This document shows positions 13,084 to 26,700 of a stretch of 64,000 nucleotides of DNA, piece by piece. The DNA comes from Monocercomonoides exilis PA203. Its lineage: Eukaryota; Protista; Preaxostyla. Position 1 is the first letter of the stretch. Each line of letters begins with the position of its first letter. The stretch is taken from NCBI GenBank assembly GCA_001643675.2, contig LSRY02000014.1, positions 1,550,001 through 1,614,000 on the forward strand, given 5' to 3'. The notes beneath the pieces were generated by a model that was not told the origin of the DNA, ran no database searches, and saw only the letters and a list, made by a program, of their open reading frames with translations. The position numbers and the translations under genes are program-made.

Positions 13084-16000
13084 CTCTTCCTCCTCCTCCT
13101 CCTCTTCTTCTTCTTCTTCTTCTTCCTTTTCCTCCTCCTCCTCTTCTTCTTCTTCATTAACATTATCTCAACCATCAAACCCCAAAACTTCCTCTTTTCC
13201 TCTCTCAACCTTCTGCTCATCCTTCACTCACCCAATGATTTCTTTTACCTCCATTTCTTTACCCTTTTCCACAAATCATCCATTTAATTGGCTTTCTTCT
13301 CTTTCTTCCCCTCAAAATTCTGATGTTTCTTCTATTGACACCTCTTCTCTTCTCTCAGCGTTAACCACATCTTCTCAGTTCTCTTCTCTTTCTCAGTCAA
13401 CTTCCACACTCATTTCAGATATTTTAGCACAACAACAACATAATAATCAGCAATCTTTCTCTTCTCCTGTTATTTCAAATCAATTTTCTGCTTCTGCTTC
13501 TGCTTCTTCTTCTTCTTCTTCTTTTCAGCTTAATTCTCGTTCGTCTCCGTTTCGAGTCATTCCTTCTTCTTTGCCTTGGTTGCCTTATTCTGCACCTATT
13601 TTCTCTTTCATTGCAAAACAAGAAAAGGAAAATAATTCGAATAAATCGACAAATGAAACAGTAAAAACAGAGAAAGAATCGCAAAACAATCAAATTTCAA
13701 AGCAATTTTCCGAGAAAAAACTTGAAGAATTCACAAAATCGTCTCTTTTAGGTTCTCTTCTGCTTTATCTTTCGCTCAAATGCGTTGTTGTTTCCAATGT
13801 GATGAATGTGACCAACCCTTCTTCGATTTCTTCTGACCCATTTGTCTTCTTTCCGTGGCGTTCAGTTCGTCCTTATTTGCTTTCGCATCTTCAGCCATTT
13901 TCTACTCATTCAGAGACAGCTTTAACAAAATCAATCGCAAATTCTCAAACAACAGCAAATGAGTTACAAACAAAAGAAACAAAGGAAACAAAGGAAACAA
14001 AGGAAACGATGCAAATTCAACAGGAAAACGCAATTTCTGATGATATTTCTTCCCAATCTGTGTCAAACAATGAAAAAGAAGCAGATAATTCCACATCAGA
14101 TACATTAATAACTGAAACAAGTGAAAATTCTTCTCCCTTTTCGAACATCACAAAGCAGCTGACGCAAACGTCTTTCATTCAAATGGAGCAGATCCCCACG
14201 CAAATCGACGAAGAAGGCATTATCAGCACAATTAGCAGTATTTATTCAGAAAATAACGATAAAAATAAGAGCAACAATAGAAATGAAAATTTTAATAATA
14301 ATAATAACAATAATAATAGAACTGAAAAACAACCGCAGGAAGTATTTAGAATGAAAGCATTGACACAAAGAACAATGAAGACGATGTATTTGCCAAATAA
14401 GAATGATATTTCAACTCTTTCATTGAGCTTACAAACACATTCAAGCAATTCTAAATCTTCTTCCTCTTCCTCTTCTTCTTCCTCTTCTTCCTCTTCCTCT
14501 CCTTCTCCTTCTCCTTCTCCTTCTCTATCTTCGCAATTCAACACCCCCAAAACCATTTACTTCAATCTCCTTCACCCGCGCCTCGGTTTCCGCCGTTTCA
14601 CTCGCTTTAAAGTGGTCAATGCTCAAAGGCAAGTTCTGATTGTGACTGAAATGGCAACATCACCCGAAAGTCTGCTTCACAAAAGAATCGAAAGAATTAT
14701 GAAGAAAAGAGAAACAGTTCAGGATGAAGTGGAAGTGATAGAAGAATTTGAAAGCAAATCGAAAAATAAAAATAATAATAGTAATAGTAATAGTAATAGT
14801 AATAAAAAGGAGAAGGAAACAAAAGTGTCAAAGAGAAAGACAAGGCAGAAAACACACAAAGAACAAAAAAGCACAATTTTGTCATATTTTCCAAAGAAGT
14901 TGGCGATTGTCAATTCGAAAATAGCTCAGTTTTCATCGTCTTTCCAAATGTTGTATGCTTCTTTGATTTCCAAAGCAGATATCCACACACAAACATTCAA
15001 ACACTCCTTTTTCAATTCTTTTGCCCGAAACATCTGCCTTCTTCTTTCTTCTTCGTTTTCCACAAGTATTTCTGAAGCCACAATCAACTTTCTTGCTGAA
15101 AAGCTATCTCAAATCCATCTCGTTCCTTTCTTCTTCTTCTTCCCGTTTGCTTCAACAAGCAACACCCCATTTAAAACGTACTCTCGTCTTTATTCTTCCC
15201 TCTCATCGAGACAGCAATGGCTCGATTTGATGGCAAGAAGGGCGGAACACACAGTCGCTGCTGCTGCCAGAAGAGAAAGACAGAAGCAGTTTCGCATTGA
15301 AGAGAAGAAGAGACACAGGGCAGAGGTGATTGAGAAGATGAAGAGCAAGATGAAGCTGATGAGTGCTTCGAGTGCTATGGGAGGAGGAGGAGGAGGAGGA
15401 GAGAATGGAGTCCAAGAAAGTGCACAGAATAAGATGGAAATGATGAAAAGGAAGAATCCATTGAATATGAATAGGAACAAAATAACGATTGGGGGAACGG
15501 TGAGAAAGAAAGGGAAGAGAGGGAAGGAAGAAAAGGAGATTTTGAATGAGAAAGTTGGAGGATTGCAAGTGGAAGAAGAAGAGGAAGGAGAAAAAGAGGC
15601 AGAAACAAGCAAAAAGGGAGAAGAAGATGAAGAAAAAGAGGAAGAAGATGAAAAGAAAAAGGAAGACGGAGAAGCAGAAGAAGCAGAAGAAGAAATAGAG
15701 AAGAAAAATAGAACAGTTTCCTTTGAAATGACTGAAACACAGCAAGACTCAACAAAAAGACAAGAAAAAGTCAATGGTGAAGAGAATTCTATTCAAAATG
15801 AAAAAACAATCAAAGAAGTTAATGGAATGCAAACAGAATCAGAAACAATAATAACATCTGGATCTTCATTGACTTCAGCTTCCTCTTCTGCTTCTCAGTC
15901 AATTTATGTGTTTTCGAATCCTCTTCTTCCTGTTTATCAGCAAAAGGATACGATTGCTCTTCCTCAGCCAAATTCTTCTTCTTCTCAGAGAAATGAATTT

Positions 16001-17761
16001 TCCACTTCTTCCACTCCATTTTCGTACCAACAAAGTAATTCACAGAACAAATTGCATTTTCTCTCTTCTCTTCCTTCTCTCTTTCATACTCAAAAAGAAG
16101 ATGAAAAAGATGAAAAAGCAGCAACTTCTTCAAACAAAGACAAACAAAATGAATCAACAGAACTTCCTGAATGGCTCACATCCCTTTCACTCTCAGACAA
16201 AATGTCTCCCGAAACACAAGCAGGCAACTGGCATTCTTCCTTCTCGTTTTTGGATCATTCGCTTCTCTTTTCTGCTGCTCTTGACAGAATCAACGGGACA
16301 AGGCATTCAACGCCTGCTGCAGTGATTGGAGTGGCGGATGGAGTTGTGAGTGCGCTGCTGAGCGAATGGATGGCGTTTGTTTGGAGCACGTTGGGAAGAG
16401 GGAAAGAGGAAGGAGGGACAAACGGGAAGAGGAAAGGGAAGAGTGAGGATGAGGGTGTTTGGAGTGCAAATGATGAGATGGATTCGTTTTATGGACTTTG
16501 GATGAGGAAAAGCGATCTTGTGAATTTGAAAGAAGACGAAGAGAAAGAGAAAGAAAGCACTCAAAATCAAGAAAGAAATGAAGGAGCATTCATTTTACCC
16601 CAAAGAGAAATTACCAGAAGGGAGTTCATAAAAGCGATGGTGATGGCGAAAGTGGCGAAGGACAGAATCGACACAAATCTCTTTCCCTCGCACGCCAAAC
16701 ACGTCGTTCAGCAATCACAAAGAGAGCAATTTTATTCCTCTTTGCGTTCACCTCGGCCTGCTTTGTCTCCTCTTCGCGTTTCTTCGCTTTCTGTGCCTCA
16801 GCCGCCTTCTTCTCCCTTCAGTGCGATTGAGCACACAGACGAAGCAGTTGAAAGCGAAGAGACTTTTATTCCCCCTGTTGATGAGTTGGATGCGCATGTG
16901 ATGTCGATCTGGGTTGATGTGGAAGCACAATATCCGCTTTTCTTGGGAATGAAACAGCAAAATCAGCAGAATCAACAAAATCAACAGAAGAAGAACATGT
17001 TTTATTCAAATTCTGCTCTTGTAAATGCATTTAACGCTCTTATTTCTTCAAACACATTAAAACCGTCTCCAATTCCGGCTACGAAAATCTCAGGGACAGT
17101 TTCTCTTTCTTCCGTAATCTTGTTCCCTTTCCTCCTCTCCTTCGTCAACTCTGCTCTTTCTTCTCCTCAAATCCGTCCGTCTTATCTCCGCCTCTTCCGC
17201 TGGTCTGGTTTGAGGCGGCTTTTAACACGCGGGCAGCCTTCTTCTCTGATTGCTGCTTTGTTCCCTCCTTTCCGCTCTTCCTTTGCAACTCCTGCACAAA
17301 ATTATCACATTCAAACTCAACTTGCACAAACTGGTTCAACAACAGCAATTTCTTCTTCTTCTTCTTCTTCTTTTGCTTATGCATCCGCTTTTTCAACTTT
17401 GCATTCTCAAGCACCTTCTCCTCCTCCATTTCCAGGTGTTTCCCCTTCTCCTCTTCCTCCTCCTTCAATTTCTCCTTCCCTCTCTCTTTCTCTCTCGCCT
17501 TCTCCTCCTCCTTCTCCTTCTCCCTCTCTTTCTCCCTCTCCTTCCCCTTCTCTTTCCCCTTCTGCTTTCCTTGCTGCTTCCTCTATGTTCTCATACGCAA
17601 CACAAGCTCCTCTGAATCCTTCTTCTCCTGCTCCTTTTGTTGCTCCTTCTCTTTTGGCGCATAATTCAGCCATTGCAAATCAAACTGGCGAAACACAGCA
17701 AGTTACACAGACTCAGAACGAACCGACTGATTTTGACTCGTTTTTGGATTCGTTCTTTTGA
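6539..17761 (+). CDS. 3740-aa low-complexity protein; probable TAF1C/Rrn6-like RNA Pol I core-factor subunit
   Basis: Uninterrupted 11.2-kb ORF. Islands MQMVWSSLFPELSVVRQDGGIF, ICLSHSLRSFLTACSTRICRADVR and FAVATPTQLHVYDERF...PLLQWEH resemble, in order, the TAF1C/Rrn6 beta-propeller blocks (e.g. LYLVDERxPxxPxLxWxH). Coding status is certain; the product call is tentative. Confidence 0.55.
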
Positions 17762-17794
17762 TGGGGAAAGAAGATAATTGACTGACTGTCTATC

Positions 17795-17820
17795 TGTTTG
17801 TTTGTTTGTTTGTTTGTTTG
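17795..17820 (+). repeat. (TTTG)n microsatellite in 3' UTR
   Basis: tgtttgtttgtttgtttgtttgtttg just after the stop at 17761. Confidence 0.8.
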
Positions 17821-18613
17821 TGTGTTCAAGAAGAAAGAAACAAATTTTTATTTATTTGAATTCTGTTTTTATGAATTAATCTGTTTGTTTGCTTGTTTTG
17901 TTTGGTTGCTTGGTTGCTTAATTTGACTCATTTCATCATTTCATCAACGATTTTGTGTGTCCAACTTCCAAATTTTCTTCCCCTCCAAATTTCAAAATGG
18001 GGAAAGAAAATGAATCAATAAAATTATTTGGAAAACAAAATATGAAACGTCCAATTCAAAAACAGTTGATTTATATTTTATTTTTATTGATTTTGAAGGA
18101 AGAAAAAAATAAAATAAACTTATTTGAATTATTTTAAGTAAGATTTTCAATTGCTAAAGCAACTGCTTTGATGATAATCCCAAGAATGATGACAAATTTG
18201 AGAGCAAATACAGAAAACAGAAAACAGAATTCAAATAAAAGGAAATAAAATAGAAAAAAATAAAAAAAGGAGAGAGAAAGAGAGAAAGAGAGAAAGAAAG
18301 ATTAAAAAATTAGCAGAAATATAACCAAAACAAAGAGAAGTGAATCAATTCAATAGAATTATCACAAGAGAAATGAGGTGATGTGGAATATGAGAGCGTA
18401 CAAGTTAATCCAACAAATAACCTTTGAAAAAATAAATGAGAGAGAGAAAAAGAGAAAGAAAGAGAAAAAGAAAGAAAGAAAGATGAAAAATAAATGAAAT
18501 AAATAAAATAAAATATTATTATGTGTTTTTGCATATTAAAAAAGAGAAGAGAAGAGAAGAATAAAAAGAATAAAAGAAAGAAATTAAAGAAAAGAAAAGA
18601 AAATTTTGAAATG

Positions 18614-21533
18614 TTAATCAATTTTTGACATGAGTTGGATTTTGAATGTGATTGGATTGAAAACATAATACCTCTGCTGCTCTTGCAATGATTCTACAAG
18701 TTTTTTAGCCCCAACATTGTTTTCCTTCTCTTTCTCTTTCTCTCTTTCCTTTTCTTTTTCTTTCTCTTTTTCTTTTTCTTTCTCCTTTTCTTTCTCCGCT
18801 TTTTCGGCTTTTTCAAGTTTCTCTGCTTTCTTTTCCGTTTTTCCTTTCTCCTTCTCTTTTTCTTTCCCTTTCCCTTTCTCCTCCTTCTTCTCTTTCTCCT
18901 CCTTCTTTCCTTTTTCTTTCATTTCTTTCTCTTTCTCTTTTTCTTTCTCTTTCTCCTTCATTTCCTTCTCCTTCTCCTTCTCCTTCTCCTTCATCACATT
19001 CGGCGCAAACTTCATCCAAACACAGTGTCTTTCACTGAATTCCCATCCTCTTCTGTTCAATTCCTCTGAAATAGCAGCATTTGAGCTGTCATTGCGAGAC
19101 AGGCCAAAGAGAAAGAATAGAGTTTTAAGATCGAATTTGGAGAGAGGGAGAGAAGAAGAGGGAGAAGAAGAGGAAGAAGAAGAAGAAATTGATAATGATG
19201 ACGAAGATGAAGAATTTGATGATGTTAATGAAGAAGAAACAGAAGAAGAAGAAATAACTTCATTTTTCTGTTTATCTTCCTTCAGAACATTCAAATGAGG
19301 GAGAGAAAGAGGAGCGTCGGGAAAGGAGAAGAAAGAGTCTGAAGGAGAAGGGCGGTTAGAGAAGGAGATGTTGAGGCATTGGAGAAGAGTAGGGAAGGAA
19401 GAAGAAGAAGAAGAGGAAGAGGAAGAGGAAGAGGAAGAGGAAGAAGAAGAGGAAGAGGAAGAGGAAGAAGAAGAGGAAGAGGAAGAAGAAGAGGAAGAGG
19501 AGGAGGAAGAAATGGAAGAGGAAGAGGAGGAGGATGAAGAAGAAGAAGATAAAGGTGATGAAGATGTTGAATTTGACGTGTGTATTGAAGAAGCAGAAGC
19601 AGAAGAAGCTAAGGATGAAGTGGAAGGTGATGAAGATCTTGATGATGAGGAAGAAGAAGAAGAAGAAGAAGAAGAAGAAGAAGAAGAAGAAGAAGAAGAA
19701 GAAGAAGAAGATGATGATGATGATGAAGTGGTTGAAGAAGAAGAAGAAGAAGAATTTGAATTCGAACTGGTATTTTTTGCAGCTTTATTTGCATTGTTTT
19801 GTTGTTGTTTTTTGGATTTATTGTTAGAATTCGAAGAAGAAGAAGAGGAAGAAGTCGATGATGATGATGATGATGAATTACTTGCTTTTCCTTCTCCTCC
19901 TCCTCCTCCTTTCTTTTCTTTCCCTTCTTTCTTGTCTTTTCCCTTTTTCTCTTCCTTCTCCTTCTCCTTCTCCTCTTTCTTCTTCTTCTCCCCTTCTTCT
20001 TTCTCTTTCTCCTTCTCTTCTCTTTCTCTCTCCATCTTCTTCTTCTCCTCCTCCTCCTCTTTATCTTTATCTTCCACATTGCAAATCGACAAAATAGGAA
20101 AAGGCAATGGAGGAAGCAACGTTCTGTTATCAATCATTTCGTTCCTAAGAAATTCATTTGCTACTTCTAACATGTCAAATTTTACCTGTTTTTTGTTTAA
20201 TTTTGGTATTTTTGAAATTTTTGGTTGTTTTTTTGAAATTTTTGAGTTTAGTTCTCTTTTTTGAGAAGAAACAGTTAAAGATTTATTTGTTTTGTTTGTT
20301 TTGTTTGATTTTTCTGTATTTTTGGCATTTTTAGTTTTATCTTTGATATTCTTCGTTTCTTCATCAGTTTCTTCTTCATCAATGTCTTCATCTTCTTCAT
20401 CTTCTTCCTCATCATCTTCTATTTCTTCTTCTTCCTCCTCCTCTTCCTCATCTTCCTCATCTTCTTCTTCGTTTCTTCTTCTCTTCCCTTTCTCTTTCTC
20501 CTTTTCCTTTTCCTTCTCTTTCTTCTTCCTTTTCCTCTTTCTTTCACTAATTTTCTTATTTAGCTCAATAATTTTGATTTTTCTATCCAAAATTAGCCTT
20601 TCTGCTATTTCAAACCTCATTTCTTTCTCTTCTTTTTCGTTAAATTCTTGTTTTTCATTGTTTATTTGATTAGATTGGTTAAGTGAAGAAGAAGAAGAAG
20701 AAGAAGAAGAAGAAGAATTTTGAGAAGAGTTTTGAGAAGAAGAAGAAGAAGGAGAAGGAGAAAGAAGAAGAGGAGGTTGAGGACATTGAACAAAAAGAGA
20801 AGGAGAAGAAGGAGAAGAAGAGGAAGAAGAGGAAGAAGAAGAAATTGAAGAAGAATTTTGAGAAGAAGAAGAAGTTTGTTTTGTTTTTAAAACAGGTTTT
20901 GATTGAGAAGAAGGGATTTCTAAGAGAAAATCAGAAGAAGAAGAAGAGGAGGAGGAAGAGGAAGAAGAAGAAGAGGTTGAAGAAGAAGAAGGTATATAAG
21001 AAGAGATAAGAGGAGGGGTGGAAACTGAAGAAGGAGGGGTTGAAGAAGAAGGAGAGGAAGAAGAGGAGGAAGAAGAGTTTTGAGAAGAAAGAGAAGAAGA
21101 AGAAGAAGAAGAAGAATTTTGATTTATTGGCATGTTTAGAAGAGGGGTAAGAATTTTCCCTGTTTTGCTTCGTTGTTCAGAAGATATATTTGGAGAAGGA
21201 AGAAGAGAAGGCAAAGGAAAAGAAGAAGAAGAAGAGGAGGAGGAGGAAGAAGAAGAAGAAGAAAGAGAAGGAGAAGAAGAAGAAGAAGAGGAAGAGGAAT
21301 TTAATGAAGGAGAAGAAGGAGAAGAAGAATTTGAAGAAGAATTAGAGGAAGAAGAAGGATTATGAGATGCCGGCGAAGGCAGAAGCGGAGCAGACGAATT
21401 AAAAAGTGTTGGGTTCATCGTATTTCTCCGGGCTTCGGAGAATTTCGTGTCTTTGCTTGAGAGTTTTTGAGATTGGATAGGAGGAATATAAGGAAAGGGA
21501 AGAAGAGCAGAAGAAGGAGAAGAAGAGGAGGAA

Positions 21534-21565
<32 letters not shown>

Positions 21566-23498
21566 TGATGATGATGACGTGTTTGAAGCTTGATTTTGGT
21601 TTTGATTTTGATTTTGTTTGGAAGAAGAAGAAGAAGAAGAAGAATTTGATGAAGAAGACGAAGAAGAAGAAGAAGAAGCATCAGTTTTCTTCTCTTTTTG
21701 GTTATTTGCATTGTTTTGTTGTTCTTTTCCTTTGTTTTTGTTCTTTTTGTCTTTCTTCTTTGAATTTGCTTGGTTTGCATTGGAATTTTCATTTTTCTCG
21801 TTTTTCTTCTCTTTTCCTTCTTTTCCTTCTTTTCCTTCTTTTTCTCCTTTTTCATTTGATTTTTCATTAATTTTTTCTCTTTTTTCTGATTTTTCTGTTG
21901 TTTTTTCGATTTTTGAAGTTTTTCCCGTTTTCTCTTCTTTCTCTTCTTTTCCTCCTTTTTCATTTCTTTCTCCCTTTCCGATTTTATTCGATTTTTCTTC
22001 TTTTTTGTTTTTCTCTTCTTTCTTTTCTTTCTTTTCTTTCTTTTCTTTTCCCTCTTTCTCTTTCTCTTTCTTCTCTTCTTTCTCTTCGTTTCGTGAATTC
22101 GTATCTTGATGTGATTTTCCTATTGTTTCATCACCTTCTTCTTCTTCTTCGTTACTTTTTTCTTTATCATTTTCATTATCTTCTTCTTCTTTTTCATAAT
22201 CTTTATCTTTTTCTTCGTCATTTTCTTCATCTTTATCTTTGTTTTCTTCATTGTCATCATCTTCTTCTTCTTCCTCTTCCTCTTCTTCTTCCTCTTCTTC
22301 TTCATTAAATTCATTCGTTTCTTGTGAAGCAGAAGAAAATGGCTGAGGAAGTGAGATTTGAATAAGTGAGTCCAAATCAAGGGAATCATAAATTTGCTCA
22401 TCTTCTATGAAGTTTGGTTCCTTTTTTTATCATTTATCATTTATCATTTATCATTTATTTTTTTTTATTTTTTTAGATAGAAAGAGAAGAAGAAGAAGAA
22501 GGAGAAGAAGGAGAGGAAGATGATGATAAAAGATGATGATGATGATGATTTTTTGATTGAGATTCAGAAAGATCGAAGATTAAGATATTCACAATATAGG
22601 GAAAAAAAGTAATCAATAATATAATAAATAATAATAAATAGCGAGAAAAATTAATAAAAATAACGCAAACATTATTATCTCTAATGTATTCGAGTATTCC
22701 TTCTTTCAGATCATTCGCCTCGTCCACCTGGAGCGAGTCATTATCAACTGCCCTCAACATTTGCTCAAGTTTTTCTTGGTGAAATTTGTGTCGCTCTAGT
22801 CTCTGAAACAGACGCCTCGTTTCTTTGTTCTTTGATTTCCGAGAGCCCACACGTGGATTTTCTGTTTCTGCTTCGATTGAGTCTATTTGTTCCTTCAGTT
22901 GAGCTATTGAGTCAGTAATCCATTCCATTGTTTCCTCTTTTGCAGCGAGCTGCGGATCTACTTTTTGCTTTGTTATTAACCCTTCTTTTGAATAGGCCTT
23001 TGTTTTTGCTTCTCGTTCCCAATTTTTATACCTTTCCATCTCTCTTTCTATGTCTGATTTTGCTTCTCGAAGATTATCTTTCTCTCTTATCTCAGGAGAT
23101 AAAATCCAGGTTTTTAATTGGTCCCTAAATCTCTGCAATTTTTTTATTTCTCGTTTCATTTCGTTTTCATATTTTTCTTTTTGGCTTGGATTGGAGGTTG
23201 AGACTGCTCTTTGATATGATTCAGAAAACAATTCGATTCCCTCTTGAATCTTTTTGTGTGTTCTAAAAGTAACAAAAAAATAGAATAAATTTTTATGTGG
23301 TAAGAAATTAATGAATTATTTGATATTAAGCAGATAATTCAACAATTATGCAAACTTTGTGATCTCATCTAAAATACATAAGTGTGTATCAATTTCAGCA
23401 AAAATGAATTGAAATAATAGAGTACATTAGCAAAATAAATTTTAATTGGTCATTTAACCAAAGGACGTCAAACTTTGAAGTTTTCTTATCTGCGTCAT
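18614..23498 (-). CDS. NOT3: CCR4-NOT complex subunit NOT3/NOT5; exons 23498-23474, 23368-23356, 23262-22671, 22420-18614
   Basis: The spliced N-terminus MTQIRKLQNEITKTHKKIQEGIELF..QKEKYENEMKREIKKLQRFRDQLKTW..EREMERYK..EREAKTKAYSKEGL is the Not3 N-terminal domain. EPNFIEDEQIYDSLDL follows intron 3. C-terminal NOT-box LSKFDLKTLFFLF..EELNRRGWEF....VW..YYVFNP. Confidence 0.95.
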
Positions 23499-23761
23499 GT
23501 GTCATGTTCAGATTAAGGGGACAAAACAAATAATTTGCATTATAAATTCATGTTTTTTAAATGGACTTTCATTAAAAACAGATGATTCAATTTCAAATAT
23601 GTTTATGTTTTTTCAGCAATATTTATATTTTTGAAAAAATGCAAAATGATTGATAATTATTGAAAAGTTATTTCTAATCAAAAATCATGTCATGAAATTG
23701 CTTTTGACACGAATGTAAATTAATTGAAACTCTCTATTATTTATCAAATTTTTACACCAAT

Positions 23762-26700
23762 ATGGCGCGAGCAGTTTGTATTTATTCGAGTTTTATTCAA
23801 ACAATGTGAAATTTTTAATGTTATAATTCGTTTTTAAAAATCCAAAATAAGAATCATGAGATTGAAGAATTTGTTCGTCGTCAAATGGCATTAAATAACT
23901 GGTATTCCGTTCTTACAGGAAAAATACCATGTGGAAATTCACAAAATTTAATCAGATCTTTACGAGATAGTACAATTCCATGTAAAATTACAAAGGCACT
24001 TTTGAAGGACGTTGCAGCTTTGTCCATAAATCAATCTCCTAAAAACAATGGAGATATGCAAACAAATTTCGTGATGATGAAGCAGGCATTGCAAAAATAC
24101 TTTCGTATGAGAAATTATTTTTTCTAAAATAATATGAAATTTTTCAAATTATTTATTTCTTCTTCTTCTTCTTCTTCTTCTTCTTCTTTTGAAAGCATAT
24201 GTTGATCTATCCAAAATGAACGCTCTTGAAATAACACGAGGTTCATTGGATTTGTTTCTTGTTGATTTTATGCTTCGCCTTGGAAAGCAGTACTACGAAC
24301 GAAAAGAAGACAGTAGTGAACTCAATGCATTTCTGAATTTGTGCAAAGACGCAGCAAAATCAGACGTCACGCTGTTTGCAAACACGCAGGCCTTTGAGCA
24401 TGCCAGAAAATGTGTGCTTAGAGAAGGCTCACCTGATTTTTCTCTTTTTGATTTGTATTCTTCTTCATTGGAGTTGGAAACACCCACCCCGCCAAACCTG
24501 CCTCGGCTTCCTTCTTTCACGTCACTGCCGAATGCGGTTGGCAAATCGGGCAAACAGGAAAAAGGAGAAAAGGAAGAGAAACTTTCTCCTGGACTGGTTG
24601 TTTCTCCTGCTTCTGCTTCTGCTTCTTCATCTTCATCTTCTTCCTCTTCATTATCTTCACATGATAGCACTTCTGATAAAAAATCAACATCTTCTCTGAA
24701 TCTTCCTTCAAACTCTTCTTCCTCTTTGCCCATCGATCAGACCGATTCGACTTCTGAAAAAGCGAAAAATTCTTCAAACATTTCGAATTCCTCAGATAGA
24801 AATAGCAATTCAATAGAAACTGACCCATCTCCATTGATCGACGTTGAGAAAACGGTATCTTCTTTGAAAGACTCTGAAAAATCAAATTCTTCTTCATCTC
24901 CTCAAAAATCACCTTCTTTGAAAGGCAAAAAAACACCTAAACTTTCCGTTCAATCGCAAACTGAAGGGAAAAAATCAGAAAATAAGCAAAATCAAAATTC
25001 TCCTCTTTCTTCTTCTTCTTCTCATTCTTCTTCTCCAAATTCAAAAACAAAGAAGAAATCAAAGCAATCACCTCGTTTCGCTTCTTCTCGTTCCAATTCT
25101 CAGTCTCCTTGTTATTCTCCTCCTCTTTCTTTTTCTCCTCCTTCTTCTTCTCCCCTTTCAACTTCATTTTCTTCTTCATCCAAAATTCCCTCTTCTGCCT
25201 CTTATTCCATGACCATCCCATCAACACCATTAGATCCTTCTCAATCTTCCAATTTATCCCAAAATTCCGTCAAAAACGAAATTTCTCCGAATTCTCCAAT
25301 TTCTCCCGTTTCTCCGTCTTCTTCTGTTTCTTCTGCTGCTTCTTCTGCTCCCACACCCGCAAATATGAAATCGCCTTCCTCTTTTTCTCCCTCAGCCAAT
25401 CTTTCTGTTACTCTTCCGCTTGTTTCGTTGCCTGAACCAGCTTCTCCTCATTCGCAACCTCATTACAATTCTTCTTCTGCTTTTCCTTCTTCTTCTTCTT
25501 CTTCAAATTCTTCTTCTCCTCCTCTTTCAGCATCATCTCAACCAAACCTCCAGAAATCCTCTTCTTCCCCTTTCCACATCCCAAATTCTTCTTCCTCTTC
25601 TTCTTCTTTACCTTCTTTCTCTTCTGATTCTCCTCAAACAGCTCCTTCTGCTTTGCCTCTTTCCTTTGTGCAGATGACAACACCTGCCGGCAAAGTTACT
25701 TTGCCCACAACAATCAATGAAGACGAATTGAGTTTGGAAAAAGGAGAAAGAAGAAGAAGAATGAGAGGAGAAGAAGAAGGAGAAGGAGAAGAAGGAGGAA
25801 GGTATTTTAATCGAGATTTAGGTGAAGAAAATTCTTCTTCTTCAAATTCTTCTTCTTCTTCTTCACCTTCTTCACCTTCTCCTTCCAATTCCAATTCAGA
25901 TTCTCCTTCTGTCTTCTTCTCCCAATCACAGCCACTTCCTATTTTAGCACCTGTCCCATCACTTTTGCCGCCTTCCGACCAAGTTGCAGATTATTCTGCG
26001 CCGCTTCCGGCAAAACAAACGCTTTTATCTTCGCCTCAGCCAATTATGTTTGTTCGATCATCTTCAAATGAAGGAAGAGAAAGAGAAAGAGGAGAAGGAG
26101 AAGAAGAAAATGTTGAAAATGAAGAAGAAAGAAGAAGAGAAGGAGAAGAAACAAATGAAGAAGAGCAATACAATGGAAATCGCAACGACACAAGAAGAGA
26201 AGCAAACCGGAATAGAACCCGAAATGGAAGATCTTCAAACAATCAACAAAATCCTTCTTCTTCTTCTTCTTCTTCTCGTCCTTCAACACCCCCTGGCCCT
26301 TATGTTGGCCTGATGTTTGGCAAAAGCCGCTTAAATTCGCTGAAAAGCAGCTCGTTTTTTATGCTTTTGCTTTTTGTGGCTGTTCTTTCTGTGTCTTTTG
26401 GGTGTCTTTGCGCGTATTTGATATCACTTTCATTTAACAGCGAGAGGGAAATAGATCCGTCGCTTGTGATTGGGAGAGGGAGAGGAGGAGAAGGAGAAGA
26501 AGGAGAAGAAGACAATCAACCTGATTGGCTGATGAATGATTGTGATGGAGGAGAAGAAGAAGGAGAAGGAGAAGGAGAAAAAGGCAAAGTGAAGAAATGT
26601 GGACCTCCAAAGAAGAAGAATAAGAAGAAGGAAGAGAAGAAAGAAGAAGATGGTAAGAAAATTAATTTGACTGAAAATGAAGCAATGAAAGGCTCGTCTG

